A DNA stretch of 62,137 nucleotides, the filler included, from Piptocephalis cylindrospora (lineage: Eukaryota), in NCBI GenBank assembly GCA_003614145.1. It is 19 parts of 19 records of this genome, joined end to end, with 100 filler letters (N's around TTAATTAATTAA, not from the genome) between each part and the next. Parts side by side here need not be neighbours in the genome. Positions count along the whole stretch, not along the records: positions 23,171 to 26,370 come from KZ988724.1; positions 26,471 to 29,661 come from KZ988725.1; positions 29,762 to 32,951 come from KZ988726.1; positions 33,052 to 36,238 come from KZ988727.1; positions 36,339 to 39,522 come from KZ988728.1; 14 more parts are not named here. One strand, 5' to 3'. The number at the start of each line of letters is the position of its first letter. The first letter of the stretch is position 1. The notes beneath the pieces are model-generated. The model was given only the letters and a program-made list of their open reading frames with translations, was not told where the DNA came from and ran no database searches. Positions 24,518 to 38,734 of the stretch are shown piece by piece. Made by a program: the position numbers and the translations under genes.

Positions 24518-26470
24518 GAGATGGAATAGAATGGGATGGGGATGAAAAGGGAATGAAAGCAAGGAAAGCGGAGTAGGGAAACTCCCTGATGTATCTGGGC
24601 AGTAGGGCCAAGTCCTACTCTGGCTGACTCTAGGAGTACCTGGGTTGATCTATAGGATTTCCTCGGGTAGAGTGATATATGTGTGCATTCCACATGCTGA
24701 TCCTCATGAGACTAGTCCACCCGCCATCCAAATCTGTCGTCGTTGCTGGCTTGATATGAGGAAACATGCACTAGACGCACTGACAAGACTGAATATCCTC
24801 CTCTTGTGCAAAGGTGCCCTTACTCTCTTCCACATTTTGCGGGCTTGAATGTATGGGATAAGAGAGGGGCAGGATAGTAACACAGCACAGCATAATGAAT
24901 CTGGAAGGTGTGTGTAGTTATGCCACTGGTGGATGATGATTAAGGGTGGGGGGGTAGGGGATTGAAACTGAAGGGGCTCTACATCACTTCCCACACACTT
25001 CTCCCTGAAATGTGCGATATGGTGATAAAGGCAACTCAGGAAGGATGCATGCGTATGTGCATCCCCTCGAGGGACTACTACCAAAACTCGCCTCCCTCTT
25101 CCCCCCCCACGCACACATACCCAGGGACTAGACAATTGAGTTTGGATAGTGTGGAAGAAGAAAAAGTGAATGTGTGCGCCTGGCATATATACACACACAC
25201 ACACACACACACATATTGTCACTGTGAATGTGGGCGGAATGCAAGTGAAACGTCATGAACTAGGCAGGAAATGTGTATGTATGTGTGTGTGTGTGTGTGG
25301 TAAGAAGGGAGGCCCAGGGACACGGGCGAAAGGGGAAAATGTCCGAAGCGGTATGGTCAAAAGTGAGCCTTTTCCCTGTATTTAAAAGTCCAGACCTTCT
25401 TTCGTCATGCTGTCCCAGGATCAAAAGTAAAATACATACACGCTGCTCATGTCACGGGAGGGACCGTCAAGACCCTATGTAAGGGAATGATTTAACATTT
25501 AGGATCAAGAGGATTGTAAAGACGAGAACAAACTCATCGGTGGCACCGTGTCCCCCTGCCCCCGTCCCCTCCCTCTCTACATCAGCAGACGCATCACGTG
25601 TGAATCATAAGGTTGCATGCCATTATCCCTCAACGAGGAGCATAGAGGGAAGGGCTAGCCTCATTGACTCAAGTGTCATCTACTCATGATCTCTAGATTG
25701 GAGTCCATCCTCGCCTCTCGAGAATTTGGACGTGGCGGGATGGCCCGATCATTCGCATATATCCTCATTCAGGCCAGACCAGGTGAGATCCATGATGAAG
25801 ATGAATTTATACTCGGGATAATATGACCATTCAATAGGATGGCGATGCAGCATGGATCCCCAAAGGTTCCTCGCGACGTGAACTCTATAGGGAATGACAT
25901 TATGACCTTGGATCTTTCGTTCGTTCTTTCTTTCTTTCTCTCATATATTGACTTTATCGCTCATTCACACAAATCACACATACAGACAGGGGATCGGTGG
26001 AATGCTACGGCCCACGATAATTGGCCCGGACCAGGCGGAAGGGAGTAAATGCGCGCCCGCACAAGGTGACTACCCCTCAATGTTGGACGGTGGTGATTGG
26101 CCAGCCACATTATCAAAAAGAGGAAATGCCCTTTGTTTCTCACTCTCGTTCGCCCCTCCTATTCGTTCTACTCACCCCTTGCCCAGGTCCCCGCAGCCAA
26201 TCCCCATTCTCTATTTCCATGTCCTTTGCGTCTGTATGGTCAAGGGCATGGGGCGGTGCTGGCCGTGGTGAGGTGCGCGCGGCCAAGACTTCCGCCGTAC
26301 GCTCTCCGACCCTTCCTCTCTTTCTCTCTCTCTGTCATTCACTCACATACACGCTGACGTCCTCACTACCNNNNNNNNNNNNNNNNNNNNNNNNNNNNNN
26401 NNNNNNNNNNNNNNTTAATTAATTAANNNNNNNNNNNNNNNNNNNNNNNNNNNNNNNNNNNNNNNNNNNN

Positions 26471-29400
26471 TGAGAGGCCAATGACTAGCTTGCATTGGCT
26501 TGTTGCTACCGATATAATTAAAGAAGCGGTGATGAGTAGTTAGAATATTGCAGCTAATGCTTTCTTGAAAAGGGCAATATAGAAAGAACCTATACCTGTC
26601 CTCTTGCTTACCTGATAACCATGATGATCCACTCCAGAGTGGTTTGTGATTTTCCGGTCCAGGTGATGGACTAGTTGGACTTGCTCCTGATGCGGTCGGT
26701 CCAGTGGAAGAATCTCTTGCTGAAGACGGAGAGAGGTAAGCCGCTTGGATCTTGCCCTCCACAAGCCTCTTTGTCCTGCCTACAAGCATCAAGAGGATGG
26801 GCAGAGTCCGAGTGGAGAGAATAGCCTCTGGATCCGTGCTTTGGACACGGATGAAGAGCCCCAGAACACTATGATCGATCCCGGCATTTGTACTTTCCTC
26901 TTCTGTCGTCCTCATCCAGTTCCTCACCCTTTCCGATGTCTTCACATCCTCTTTCTCACGTGTGGAAAATCCAGAAGACCAGGTAGAGGCTCCAGGCGTG
27001 ACCATCTCAGCCGCCGCCATGTTTCCTCTCAGGGCCGCAATATAAGTCTTACTCACCCGGAGCATCAGAAGGGACTGATACTCATAGATCAGAGCGGCAG
27101 ACAGGTTGTCCAGCATGATTGTTCCTCTTAATCGGCCGTAGCTCTCCTTAATGTCATCCTCCGTACTACCACTTTCATGCCTACCCTTCGTTGTACTACT
27201 CTTCTTCAAAGCATTCTCCTCCAATACCTCCTCTCCATCCCACACGACAATGTGGCCGGATAGGGGGCCCAAGTTCAAATGACCGCTCATCCTCCCCGTA
27301 AAATCCCCGGATAGATCCTCCACCTTCCCTAGGCATTCTGTCTTCATCCTATTTTCAGAGACCCCTTCCCCCATCTCCTGGGCAATGGATCCATGCATGG
27401 AGGTTAGTGCGAGGTCCAGCTTTCCTAGCTGCTGCCCAAAGTCCACCTTTAGAGCTCCTTTCCCCATCTGCGCCACTAAATGAATAGGTAGGACCATAGG
27501 AGCCGAGGAATCTGTTTTCTCCTCATCCATCGGGATCACCTGAGGGATCCGGGACGTCGTTCTTGCCGCTCTATCGAGCCACGTGTGCTGAAAGATGACA
27601 AAATGCGTAAAATGCCGCATGCTCAATCGACCCTCGACATACGGGAGACGGACGACGATAGAAAGGACCGGGTATGAGGAGGATAAAGTGGATGGAAGCA
27701 TCGACAGAGAAAAGTGAACACTGTCCAGGGAGAGGGCTAGGGCATCATCCGTGGAAAAGGTGTGGTGGATCCTCAAGCTCAGTCCATCCACCTTTCCCGT
27801 GGCTGACATAGTATGTTCTCCAAAGCGCGGGGTGGATGGGGAGGTGGAAAGGAGTAAAGTGGCCGAGGAGCAGATGGCCTCGCATTTGACTCGACTAGAT
27901 CCTTCGCACTCTAATGCCACTACAGTCTTGGACAACTGAATGAGGATGGTAAATCGCAACCGACTAAGTGGGGATGTAGTGGCATCTATGCCTGGTGAAG
28001 GCGATATTGGGGCCTTTGACGCCGAAGCAGGAGGGTGGAGGGTAGGTGAGGGCGCCTTTGAGGTCAAGGTGTGAGCCAAAGGAATAGGGCTAGATAGGGA
28101 TCTCTCTGGAGGAACTGGCGAGGCAAAGGGCGTAGGAGAGGGTGAGGTGGATTTGAGAAAGGTCAGCCGAAGATCTCTTAGAATATCATCCAAAAAGGAA
28201 AGGAGCATGGGATTTAACCGATTGTCCGTCTCATGGATCATAATTTCTATATGGGCTCGTTGCTACAGCGAGATGAAAAGAGGGCGGGCGAGCGATGGCC
28301 TAGTATGAGTACCCAATGACTCAAAAGCCCCATCACCTCCCTTCAATAATCGTTAGCTTACCTTATCCTGAACGCACATCTCCTTGGGCGTGGCCATTCC
28401 ATCCAGAACCACTTCTTCTCCGAGCTCTTTCTTATCATCAATATTCTCCTTTTTAGGATGTTCCTCTCCCAATGCCACCATGACACTGGCAGCGGAGGTC
28501 AAACCTGGGATCTTTAGCACCAATCCTCCTCTCCCACTATCGCTAGTGTCCTTGCTATGACTGGAAGCGCCTCGTACATGCAATCTTACCGTTCCAGACT
28601 GCACTTTGAAGCTCGCTTCTAAATCTAGCCATGTCCTAGAACTTGCTATCCCTCCCGAGGGTTCTCTCGAAATGGAATGATCGTTTCCAGATGATGACAT
28701 AGGCGCTGGCCGACTGGAATGGTCGGGATTTCTGGAAAGGTTATGCTTCAGCTGAGCCACTCGACCCTTTAGAGATGACGGTTCGGGTGATGGCCTATCT
28801 ACTTCTCCGCTCCCAGATGCCATTTCTTCCGTAAGGTGCGCTACTCGATCCTTTCCATATTGCCAGATGGCATCTAGAGTATTAACATACAGGACTAGAT
28901 CCGAACTCCAATCCATCTCCATCCCATGAACAAGACCCTCCACCCATAGTCGCCGAATGGGCTCTCGATCCTCCATAATCTCCCGTGAACTTCGCACCCT
29001 ACAGGCGAGAGAAGGGAAGAGGACCGAGTTAAAGGACAAATGATAGGTAGGGGAGAAGTGTCTTGGATCCTTATGGGTAAATGCGGGGACAAACTGGGCT
29101 CGAAGATCTAGAATGGCCCCACTGGCCTTTTCGCTCCGGTGGGACAGGAAATCCATGGTCCGGGCGGTGATAAGTAAGGCGGGGTGAGTGGCCTTCTCTC
29201 GATCACTCGATGAGTCTGCCCTTTCCCCTGAAGCCCCACCAGACTCCCAGCCCTTGACAAGGGGAGCAACAATGGCGACATTCTCCATTTGGATGCTAAC
29301 CCGATGATTGGAGAGGATGCCAAGTTCAATGCCCCCCTCCTCGGATTTCTCAGCATGGGGAGCTGAATGTATCGAGGATCCATGACTTTCTCGGCTCTTT

Positions 29401-29661
29401 TCCTCCACTTGCTCTCCTCCTCCTCCTCCTCCAATCCCAGTGGACATTCCGCTCAGATCCAGTTTATCAAGAAGGGTCTTGGTATTTGCCGTGAATGAGC
29501 GAATCTCTTCAGCCTTTTCCGCTCGCTTTTTTTGGAGATCTCGGGCAAAGTAGACGTAAACATCGATGAATTTACCAAGGGCCACCGGCTGCATGACCGC
29601 ATGTAGCCTTGTGATACGCAAAGTGAGCTGACGTCGATGAATCCCAGGCCCTAGAGAGCTT
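26471..29661 (-). CDS. CSF1: Internal fragment of Csf1/BLTP1 bridge-like lipid transfer protein; spliced
   Basis: Two long beta-rich ORFs; ETDNRLNPMLLSFLDDI and VALECEGSSRVKC...LRIHHTFS..ALSLDSVHFSL resemble my recollection of the fungal Csf1 C-terminal region. Confidence 0.7.
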
Positions 29662-29761
29662 NNNNNNNNNNNNNNNNNNNNNNNNNNNNNNNNNNNNNNN
29701 NNNNNTTAATTAATTAANNNNNNNNNNNNNNNNNNNNNNNNNNNNNNNNNNNNNNNNNNNN

Positions 29762-32700
29762 GTATCACCCTCTTCGCCCTCTTCTTTGCCTCCATCCATG
29801 GCTGAAGAGAGGAGGGTAACCAAGAAAAGTAGAGCTTCCATGGCGTATCCAGGGAAAAATAAATCCTTGAGAGCCGTCCCAACCCGCTTGAGGCATTCGT
29901 CCGATCCAAACCGTCGCTTCCCCAAGGACTCGGCTGCCTTCTTCACTGTTCCTCCAAGAGCGTACGCTTCATCCACACGAGCAAGCCATTCTGCTGAGTG
30001 TCTTAGCCCCTCAACGATTCCTCCTGGTTCGACCTCCGAACCCGAGGCTATCGCTCCCTTCCTTGCACGTTCCAGCCGTCTAGAGCCCTCTGGAGCCCCA
30101 GAGTTCCCCACTCCCTCGTCCCCGCCTAGGCCTTCCGCCTCAACCACCAAAAGGGCCTCGGTAATGGAAGGAAGATTGGCCAGGATGAGGAAAAGGCCTC
30201 GACCAGCTGATGGATCCACCAATGCTCCTCCGTCCAGGAAGGCTAGATGATTAAGGAATCCAAGACATTTCTTCCGTGTCCGTCTCCTCGGTGATCTCAA
30301 TCCTTTGAGGAGCAGGGGTTGTAGACCGGCAAAATCGGCATTCCACTCAGCGGGGAAGGTTCTAATCAAGCTATCTCGAATATCCGTATCACTCAAAATC
30401 GACTCCTCCAGTTCTTGACCCCCATTCCCAGGTTCTTTCGTGGGAGCATGAAGAAGGACCTGGAGGGCATCCAGAGCTAGTAAATATTCAGATTCGTCTC
30501 GCGTGTACATTAACGCTACCAGTGTCCAGAACAGCTCTGGGGCATATTGAAGGAGTATTTGGCATCGGCGGATTTCCTCCTTCTCCTCCCATCCCTCTTC
30601 TTTTTCTTTTCCGGTCTTTTTGTCCATCTCAGCACGATCTTTGGTAGAAAAGGGAATAAAGCGAGGATCTACACAGTCCCGTACAAGCATCCCTAGGGTC
30701 CAGATAATCTCCCGGGAGAAGATTCGGATTTCCAGAGTAGGGTCCGAGGCTGTGTTGGAGAGGCGAGCCAGTAGCTCGGCTAATACACGGACCACCGGAT
30801 AAAAGGGCGGCTTGAGGGCTCGGAAGACACGGAAAGACGCCGTGGCGGCCCCCCGTACCGGGCATTGCGTTCCCCACCGTAGAGCCAAGTCTGCCCACTT
30901 CATTCCTAGATGCTGCGGGAGGAGCAAAGGTTGATAGGTGAGGAGGATCTGCTGGACCAAGTCCACAGGACTTGATTGGCTTTCTGCCGACATATCAGAA
31001 TTGTACAGGATATGTATCAAGGTTCTGGCTTCCCCTTGGCTCTCTAGGGTTGTCGTGGTGTCCGAGAGGAAAAGAGCTCTGGTTAAATGAATAAGCAAGG
31101 ACCGAACAGCTGTCTCTACCCTGTTCATCTTTTCCACAGGTCCTGGCGCCGAGAGATTGTTCCGTTCCAGATGAAGTAATCCAGCTCGTTTACCTATACA
31201 GATGAGTGAGATGGTTGAATTAAAAGGTCCTTAAGGATCACACCGTATTGGATAGCCTCACGTTGCATCCCCTACCCTCTCTTTACATCTTACCTAGAGT
31301 GGTGTGGCCACGTCGTCCAAGCCTGGGGACACCCCCACCTACTCGATCAGCCCTATCTCCGCCAATACCTCTTTCTCCCAGCATTCCTCCCTCAAGGTAC
31401 ATGCAAACTACGTGCACGAGAATGCCCAAGTGAGATACAAGGAGATGGGGCGTGGCAATGGCCATATCCCCAAGGATAATCATCACCATTTGACCTGGGG
31501 ATAGAAGATGTCTCCGGGACATCTCCTTGACTGCATCATCCATGGGGCTCAAGGGAACTCCAGGAAGGAGGATTTCCATAGGACGACGATCAGGCCCACG
31601 TAGCTGGGGGACAAAGGCCCTTGGCTGACTCAGAACCCCTTGGATGATCTCCTCAACCATGCCAGGGCCCCCGCTGGTCATGGAAATGGTGGAGAGGATT
31701 TTGGAAGCATGGGGCAGAAAATCCGGGTTCCTTCGTTCTTGTCCCACCCGGATCAGATAATGTACCACCACTCTAGCTCTCATCCCTGATACTTCGCCAT
31801 CCTGTTCAGGACCGTGAATAAGAGCTGTCCAGAGCCTGGATATTTCTCTGGCCCAATTCTGACCATGCCGAATGGTAAGATATAGGAGGTTGTGAAGGGT
31901 GGCATAAGAACCTAAATCAACTTCGTCCTCTTCCTCTTCCCCTTCCTTTCTCTCCTCCATGCCCAGAGGAGCTTGAGAAATCCAAGGCTTCAAATACCAC
32001 AGCACCAATCTGGCCTCCGCAGTATCCTGAGACCCAGGACAGGTTGCCTGAATGCGGTAAAGCATCTCCGATACGACAGGAACGGCCCATCCAGGGTAGA
32101 TTCGCGCAAAACCCTCCACTAATCCATACTGAGCCCTACCGTATACCTCAGGCAACGGGGAGAGGAGGGCAGGGGCAAATGTCCTTACTAGGCCCGTTTC
32201 TCCTTCTTCTCCCTCCTGGACATTCTGAGGAGGGCCCAGCCACCGATCGGTCTCCAGTCTCAGGAGTAATTTTACCGCTCGTGTCCTCGTTTTTGGCCAA
32301 GGAGAGCCTGCCTTGTGCACCAAAAGGGATAGAAGAGCATGAGGGCCACAGGGAATATCCATGCCATCCTCTTCATCCTCCTCTTCCAGGCCCTCATCCA
32401 TTACTTGTCCCGATTTGAGCTCCAGATAGGAGGCGAATACGCCAAAGTATCCTCCCCCTCCCGCTCCATGACTGAGTGGAGGATCGGAGGTTATTTCCCC
32501 GTCCAAGTCGACCAATTCGGGTAGAGGAGGAGGAAGTTGATTCTGGCCTGCTTTGGCCACACCCCTTCCTTCCTCCTCCCCGGACTCACCAATTCCAGCG
32601 TAGCTCTGATGAATAAACGCCTCGATGACCTCCTTGTCTTTAGGATTTTCTTTTAAAAGGCCCACTAGCGCGTCACTATTAAATGCGTGGGGAGATGGTG

Positions 32701-32951
32701 GTCGTGAATAACACTTGGCTATTTACTGTCTCTCCCATATGCTCGTTCCTCTCAGGAAAAACACACTTACCGTACAATCCAATCAAGGGTACGGTCAGGG
32801 CCTGAAAGGTACAAATCGTCCACCCAAGAGAGTAAGACGTCCAATTGAAGGGTAGCAGCTACGCGTCCAGCCACAGGGGGAGCCCGCAGAGGCCCACCGC
32901 ATAGAATGGCCATGGCCTGCATGGATGCCACCTCTAATGGTACGTTTCTTC
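29762..32951 (-). CDS. TAO3: Internal fragment of RAM-network scaffold Tao3/Mor2/Furry; spliced
   Basis: WADLALRWGTQCPVR..ATASFRVFRAL, LAELLARLSNT, PELFW, FAGLQPLLLKGLRS (MOR2-PAG1 C domain). Confidence 0.9.
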
Positions 32952-33051
32952 NNNNNNNNNNNNNNNNNNNNNNNNNNNNNNNNNNNNNNNNNNNNTTAAT
33001 TAATTAANNNNNNNNNNNNNNNNNNNNNNNNNNNNNNNNNNNNNNNNNNNN

Positions 33052-36044
33052 GTTTCATGTCATTGCCTTTGATAAGTCCCATCGCTTCTCCCCCATCAAG
33101 CCCAAGGACTCATCAACTGTCCCCTCCTCCACCCTCCCCACCGCCCTATCCCCTATTTCCCCCGCCCATCCGGACTCCCCCGTCTTTCCCGATGGCCTCC
33201 TGCCTATCCATTGGTTGGAGAGACATCGGGATGGCGATCGGCCCGCTGTCATCTGTGCAATCCATCCCCTTTACTCGGACCCCGTTCATGGACCCCTTCA
33301 TGCTGTCTCTTTGGCCGAAAAAGAGGCTGATCAACGGCTCATCCACGAGATCATCGATCAACGCAAGAACGCTGCCTCCATCGATGCTCGGTACTGCGCT
33401 GCCATTGTTCTTAGTCGTGGATCCGCCACCGAATCTAGTATGGAGGAGCGTCTCTTGGCTATCCGCCGTGCCACTGCACTAGATGCACGTACCGGCTTCT
33501 TTGTCCTTCAGCCCGGCGGTTCCGGGGAGCTCCAGTCTTTTGTCTCCACGTAAGTTTCCTTTCGCCCTCCCTCTCTTAGTATGGTAAATACTCTTCCTTC
33601 CATTTCTCACTGACCCACCTATCCTTTTCGTAGCCTTCAGCGTCAGTTACATGAGCATGCTATGTCCCATTACCGTGATATGATTAAGGGAGTCAAGAAG
33701 AGGAGAGCTCGACTTCAAACCCTGCCCCAACCTCCCTCCACCATCACCAGTGTCTGCACCTTACCCACCACCGCTTGGCTTGTTCGGTACGACCTTAAGG
33801 TCGGGACTTTCTATGAGTACCGCTCCGAGTACGATCAGGCCATCAAGGCCTTTGAATCCGCTCACGCAGGCCTCATCGGCCTCTTCTCCCCCTCCACCAA
33901 GCCCCTTCGTGGGGGTAACGATCCCTTCATTGAAGTTTATTCTGAGAGATGGTACGAGGCCCAAGAGCTTGCCGATACGACGAGTCTCAAGGTAGGGGGG
34001 TTGAATTGACCTTACTTTCTCTAATCGTCCTCCTTCATGATCTTACCTCTCTCTCTCCCTATGATGTGTTCATAGCTGTGTAAATGGCATCTTTACACCT
34101 CTCAGCCTACCTTTGCCCTCAATCAGCTACACCGACATGTTGATGCCTTCCGTCACATTGCTCGGGAACGTCGCATTGGTGACAAGAGCCCCGAGTACCT
34201 GGGGTGGGCTGCGCGACAGTAAGTATTTTTTTCATCGGGATTTCCATCTCATCTTACTCTTCATTGCCCCTCCAGATTCCGTGCATTTGCCGAGCTCGTC
34301 GATGCCGCCATCCGGTCTGGATATCGCTTGACCTCCTCTGGTCCTACAAGCTCCAACCAGACATCAGGAGCTACAGGGGCCCTTGGATATGGTACTGCTG
34401 CCTTTTCTTCTCCCTCTTCCTCTCGGGCTGGGGCGGGATTAAACCCCGCCGCTCTCCTACAGCATCCTGGGTATTACTTTCTTCATGCAGGAAAGCTTTC
34501 GGCCGTCCGCCGGAAGGCTTACCTGCGGCAACGTGAGAGGGACCGTCGGGAAAAGGAAAAGAGGAAAAACCTTGATGTCAAGCGTCTTTCCGCTAGCAGT
34601 AAGGGGGAAGACTCTGATGGAAAGAAGGAGAGGGAGGAGGATGATGATGACGATAATGATGGAGATATTGTAGCAACACAAGGAGAAGCGGAACATGAGG
34701 GGGTGGAGGATGAGGAAGATGAGGAGGAAGTTCAGGCTGAATTACTAGTCCAGACCGTCGAACTTCTCACCAAGGCCTATGAGCACTTTAAACGGAACAA
34801 ACATGGGCACATGACCCTCTGGGTAGCTAGTGAGATTGCCGGGGCCTACTATGAAGCCCAAAATTGGGAGATGGCCCTCAAATTTTACGATCGTATTGCG
34901 AAAAATTATCGAAAGGAGGGCTGGACCATTGTCCTAGGTGACATCCTTCACCGGTCTCTCGAATGCGCTCGGAAACTCGGTATGTCCGCTAGGGCTGTCG
35001 AGTACCTTGTTGAGATGCTCAGTGATCGGATCGAAATGACTGAGGGCGATAGGGCCGGGGTCCAGCAAGAACTTCAGCAAGTCTTGACCACCTATGCCCT
35101 TGAGCGCAGGGAGCCCGTGGCCATTGACATGGACGGCATTATTTCCTTTATTGACTGTACCGCGCTATTTGATCGTCCTTCTGCTCAAACTGGTGTCCCC
35201 ATCTCTTTTCAGGTTCTCTTGCAATCTGGCTCCTCCACCCCACCCATGCCCTTGGAGTTGGGGTCCGTGGAGATTTTGGTGGGAGGTATTGTCTATCGCG
35301 TAGAGCATGCACCTTCTCCTCAGGATGGGGCCAGGATTCAATCGGGCGTACGAGTCATCCATCTGGGCAAAGAGCCTCAAGCCGAGCTGACCTTGGTGGG
35401 TGGGACCACCCTCTGTCTCCGAGGTACCTATGTTATTCCCGGGGCCTTACCCACCTCTCCTGCCTTCCCCCGCTCCCCTGTTCGCTCCCATAACCCCACT
35501 AGTTCTCATGATGATGGTATCATTCGCGTTGAACAGGTTCGAGTTACTCTTCGGCATCCTATTGTTCCTAAAGCGATGGAAAACGATCAGGAAGTAAAGA
35601 CAGAAAAGAGTGAGAAGAAGGCGAAAAGTGTAGAAGGTGAAGCAGATAATGTCAAGGAGAAGGACGAAGAGAAGGACGAAGAGAAGGACGAAGGGAAAGA
35701 AGAAGAGAAAGACGAAGAGAAGGATGAGGAAAAAGACGAGGGGAAAGAGGCTCGGATTCAGAAAGGTCAAGATCAAGAGAATGACATAACACAAAATGAT
35801 GACCAAAGTACCCAGAAGGAAGAAGAAACTGAAGTTCTTTCAGGCGATCCCAGTGTCATCTGGGTGTGGAGGATCTCGGATCGAGTGACCCATGGATCCG
35901 AACTAGGAGGGGCCTCCAAGGGCGGACCTGGGGGATGGATGGCCAAGCCGGCTCGGTGGTTATTGAATGACCATGTCGGGGATGGGAGGATCATGTGGAG
36001 GACACTAACCGATTCCTTGGCCTCACAATCCTCTCAAGTTCGGT
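33052..36044 (+). CDS. TRAPPC11: TRAPP complex subunit 11 (foie gras/Gryzun), partial, spliced
   Basis: WLVRYDLKVGTFYEYR, HPGYYF, VELLTKAYEHFK, EIAGAYY...ALKFYDRIAKNYRKEGW. Confidence 0.85.
35656..35748 (+). repeat. 12-bp coding tandem repeat (GAGAAGGACGAA-like; EKDE)
   Basis: KEKDEEKDEEKDEGKEEEKDEEKDEEKDEGKE within the TRAPPC11 ORF. Confidence 0.85.
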
Positions 36045-36797
36045 GAGTTCCCCCCCCCCCCCCCCCCCCCCCCCCCACACCACCCGCGCGGGGGGTGCAC
36101 TGTTTTTTTTCTTTTTTTTAATTTATTTGTGTTAAAAAGGTGGGCTAACCCAATTATTTGCCCCCCACCTTTTCCCCCTTAGAAACCTCCCCCCCCCCCC
36201 TTCCCCCCCCCCCCCCATTTCAACGATGTGACCGGCCCNNNNNNNNNNNNNNNNNNNNNNNNNNNNNNNNNNNNNNNNNNNNTTAATTAATTAANNNNNN
36301 NNNNNNNNNNNNNNNNNNNNNNNNNNNNNNNNNNNNNNTCTGGTTTCTGGGATGGGGGAAGACCTTGTAGGTACTATCGGGGTAAGGAAGAAAAAAGATT
36401 AAGCGGAGTCTGTGTTGTGGGGGGCATCGGGTAGACTAGGCAGAATTTGGACAAAATGAGGCAGAAATTCAGACGAAATTTGACGCGATGGAAACGGAGA
36501 CGAACGGGCGCGTATAGACCGTGATGAGTGGGGGAAGGGGATCCACCTCACCGTCAGCCAAGCCCTCCTTGGGGTTTCGTGAGAGGAGCAGGCAAGTGTG
36601 CAGCAGGAAAGGGACTTGACGTCCAGCGTCGCTACTCCGACTGACGATGACATCCCAGGACATTGCCCCTGCCAGCACCCCCTAGACTCCATATCCACGT
36701 CCTTTTCTCTTCCCCACTCATCCTCCCACCCTCCTTCTCCCTCCTCCTCTCTCTTTCTCCTCTTTCTCACTCGATCGACTCTGTCGCAACAAGCAAG

Positions 36798-38304
36798 ATG
36801 AACGCTTATGAGACTCTTGTCGTGGACAATGGCACTGGTGTAAGTGGAGGAGCTCCGAGCACTGTCCCACCCCGTCTTTACCTCATCCCTCATCCCTTTC
36901 CCCTCTCCTCTCCCTTCAGTTCGCAAAGGTAGGATACGCTGGATCCAACTTTCCCTCGGATGTCTTCCCCTCGGTGGTGGGAAGGCCGATTCTTCGGTCA
37001 GAGGAGTCGGTGGGGGACCAAAGGGTCAAGGATATCAATGTGGGGGATGAGGCAGCAAACCTCCGCTCTATCCTGCAAATGTCCTATCCCATGGAGAATG
37101 GGATCATTAAGAACTGGGAGGACATGAGACACGTGTGGGATTACACGTTCCAAGAGCGGCTCAAGGTGGATCCGACGCAGAGCAAGGTCCTCCTCACGGA
37201 GCCCCCAATGAACCCCAAGGCCAATCGGGAGAAGATGGCACAGGTGATGTTTGAGGAGTATGGATTCCAGGGGGTGTATGTGGCCATCCAGGCCGTCCTC
37301 ACGCTGTATGCGCAGGGATTGCTCACGGGAGTGGTGGTGGACTCGGGAGATGGGGTTACTCACATTGTCCCCGTGTACGATGGGTACTCTCTGCCCCACT
37401 TGACCCGTCGACTGGACGTGGCTGGACGTGATGTGACCCGGTACCTCATCAAGCTCCTCCTCCTTCGTGGCTACGCCTTTAACCGTACAGCCGATTTTGA
37501 GACGGTCCGACAGATCAAGGAAAAGTTTTGCTATGTCAGCTATGACCTCGACAAGGACCAGCGTCTTGCCCAAGAGACCACTACCCTGATGGAGTCTTAT
37601 ACGGTGAGTCATTAACAGTGAGGAGAAGAGGATGTCACCTTTTTATCCTTTGATCTCATCTTATCCTACTCCGATCCCATCTGAATCTGGATCACCCATC
37701 AGCTCCCAGACGGCAGGGTGATCAAAGTGGGGTCTGAGAGGTTCGAAGCGGCTGAATGCCTCTTCCAGCCCCATCTGGTGGATGTGGAGTCCCCGGGCGT
37801 GGGAGAACTCCTGTACCAGACCATCCAGGCCGCTGACATGGACATCCGGGCAGACCTCTACAAGCATATTGTCCTTAGTGGAGGCAGTTCCATGTATCCG
37901 GGTCTCCCCTCCAGGCTGGAAAAGGAGGTGAAGCAGCTTTACCTGACCAATACGCTTCAAGGGGATGTCTCTAGGCTTTCTGTAAGTCCTTGTCGGGGTC
38001 CAGGGGGGAAGGAGAACGGGATTAGCGCTCTCTTACACATTACCATGGTGGCCACATGTAGAAATTCAAGATCTCTATCGAGGATCCCCCAAGGCGTAAG
38101 CACATGGTGTTCCTTGGTGGAGCCGTGCTGGCCAATATCATGAAGGACCGGGACTCCTTCTGGGTCACCAAGGCCGAGTGGGAGGAGCAAGGGGCCAGGG
38201 CTTTGGTAAGTGAATGATTTCTGATAGATCTTGCTTCGATGGATCACTCATCCTAGCATGAATCTCTCCAATAGGACAAGCTTGGTCTTGGTGCTCAAGT
38301 CTAG
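36798..38304 (+). CDS. ARP2: Actin-related protein 2; 5 exons
   Basis: [80 protein letters not shown]. Confidence 0.97.
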
Positions 38305-38734
38305 TGGGATCTGGGATGAATGGAGAGGGCCGTGTTGGGAGGGGAGATGAGGGATGGAAAATGAACAGATCACCTTCTGTGAACCCACTCTAGCATCCTT
38401 GCAGGAGGGTTCTATTTATTATCCAGAATGATGGAAATCCGATGCGGATGTACATGTCCTTGCATGTGAGATACTTTATGCGATCTGATAGGGGGAGCCA
38501 CCGATGCTTACGTTACCCACTAAGCCCCCGGGCCGATTCAAGGGCAGATCCAACCCAGTATAAGAGAAAGGGAAAATGGTCTCTTTTATCCTCCATCCTC
38601 CCATCCTCTCTCATCCTACCAGCATTTACTCAGCTTACCCACCTACTCAGCCAACACCGTCTACCTCATCTCGTCCCACCCATCTCACCTCACCCCACCC
38701 AGCCCCATCCCATCCCATCCCATCCCATCCCAAA

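Noticed and set aside
24600..26370. Long gene-poor region with CA/GT microsatellites, considered for ncRNA
   Set aside because: No snRNA, snoRNA or tRNA signature I could recognise; probably regulatory or UTR sequence
36049..36238. Poly-C and homopolymer-rich tract (also 6635-6653 and 39394-39510), possible G-quadruplex or telomere
   Set aside because: Located at contig ends and degrading into noise; typical low-quality sequence after homopolymers; no telomeric unit
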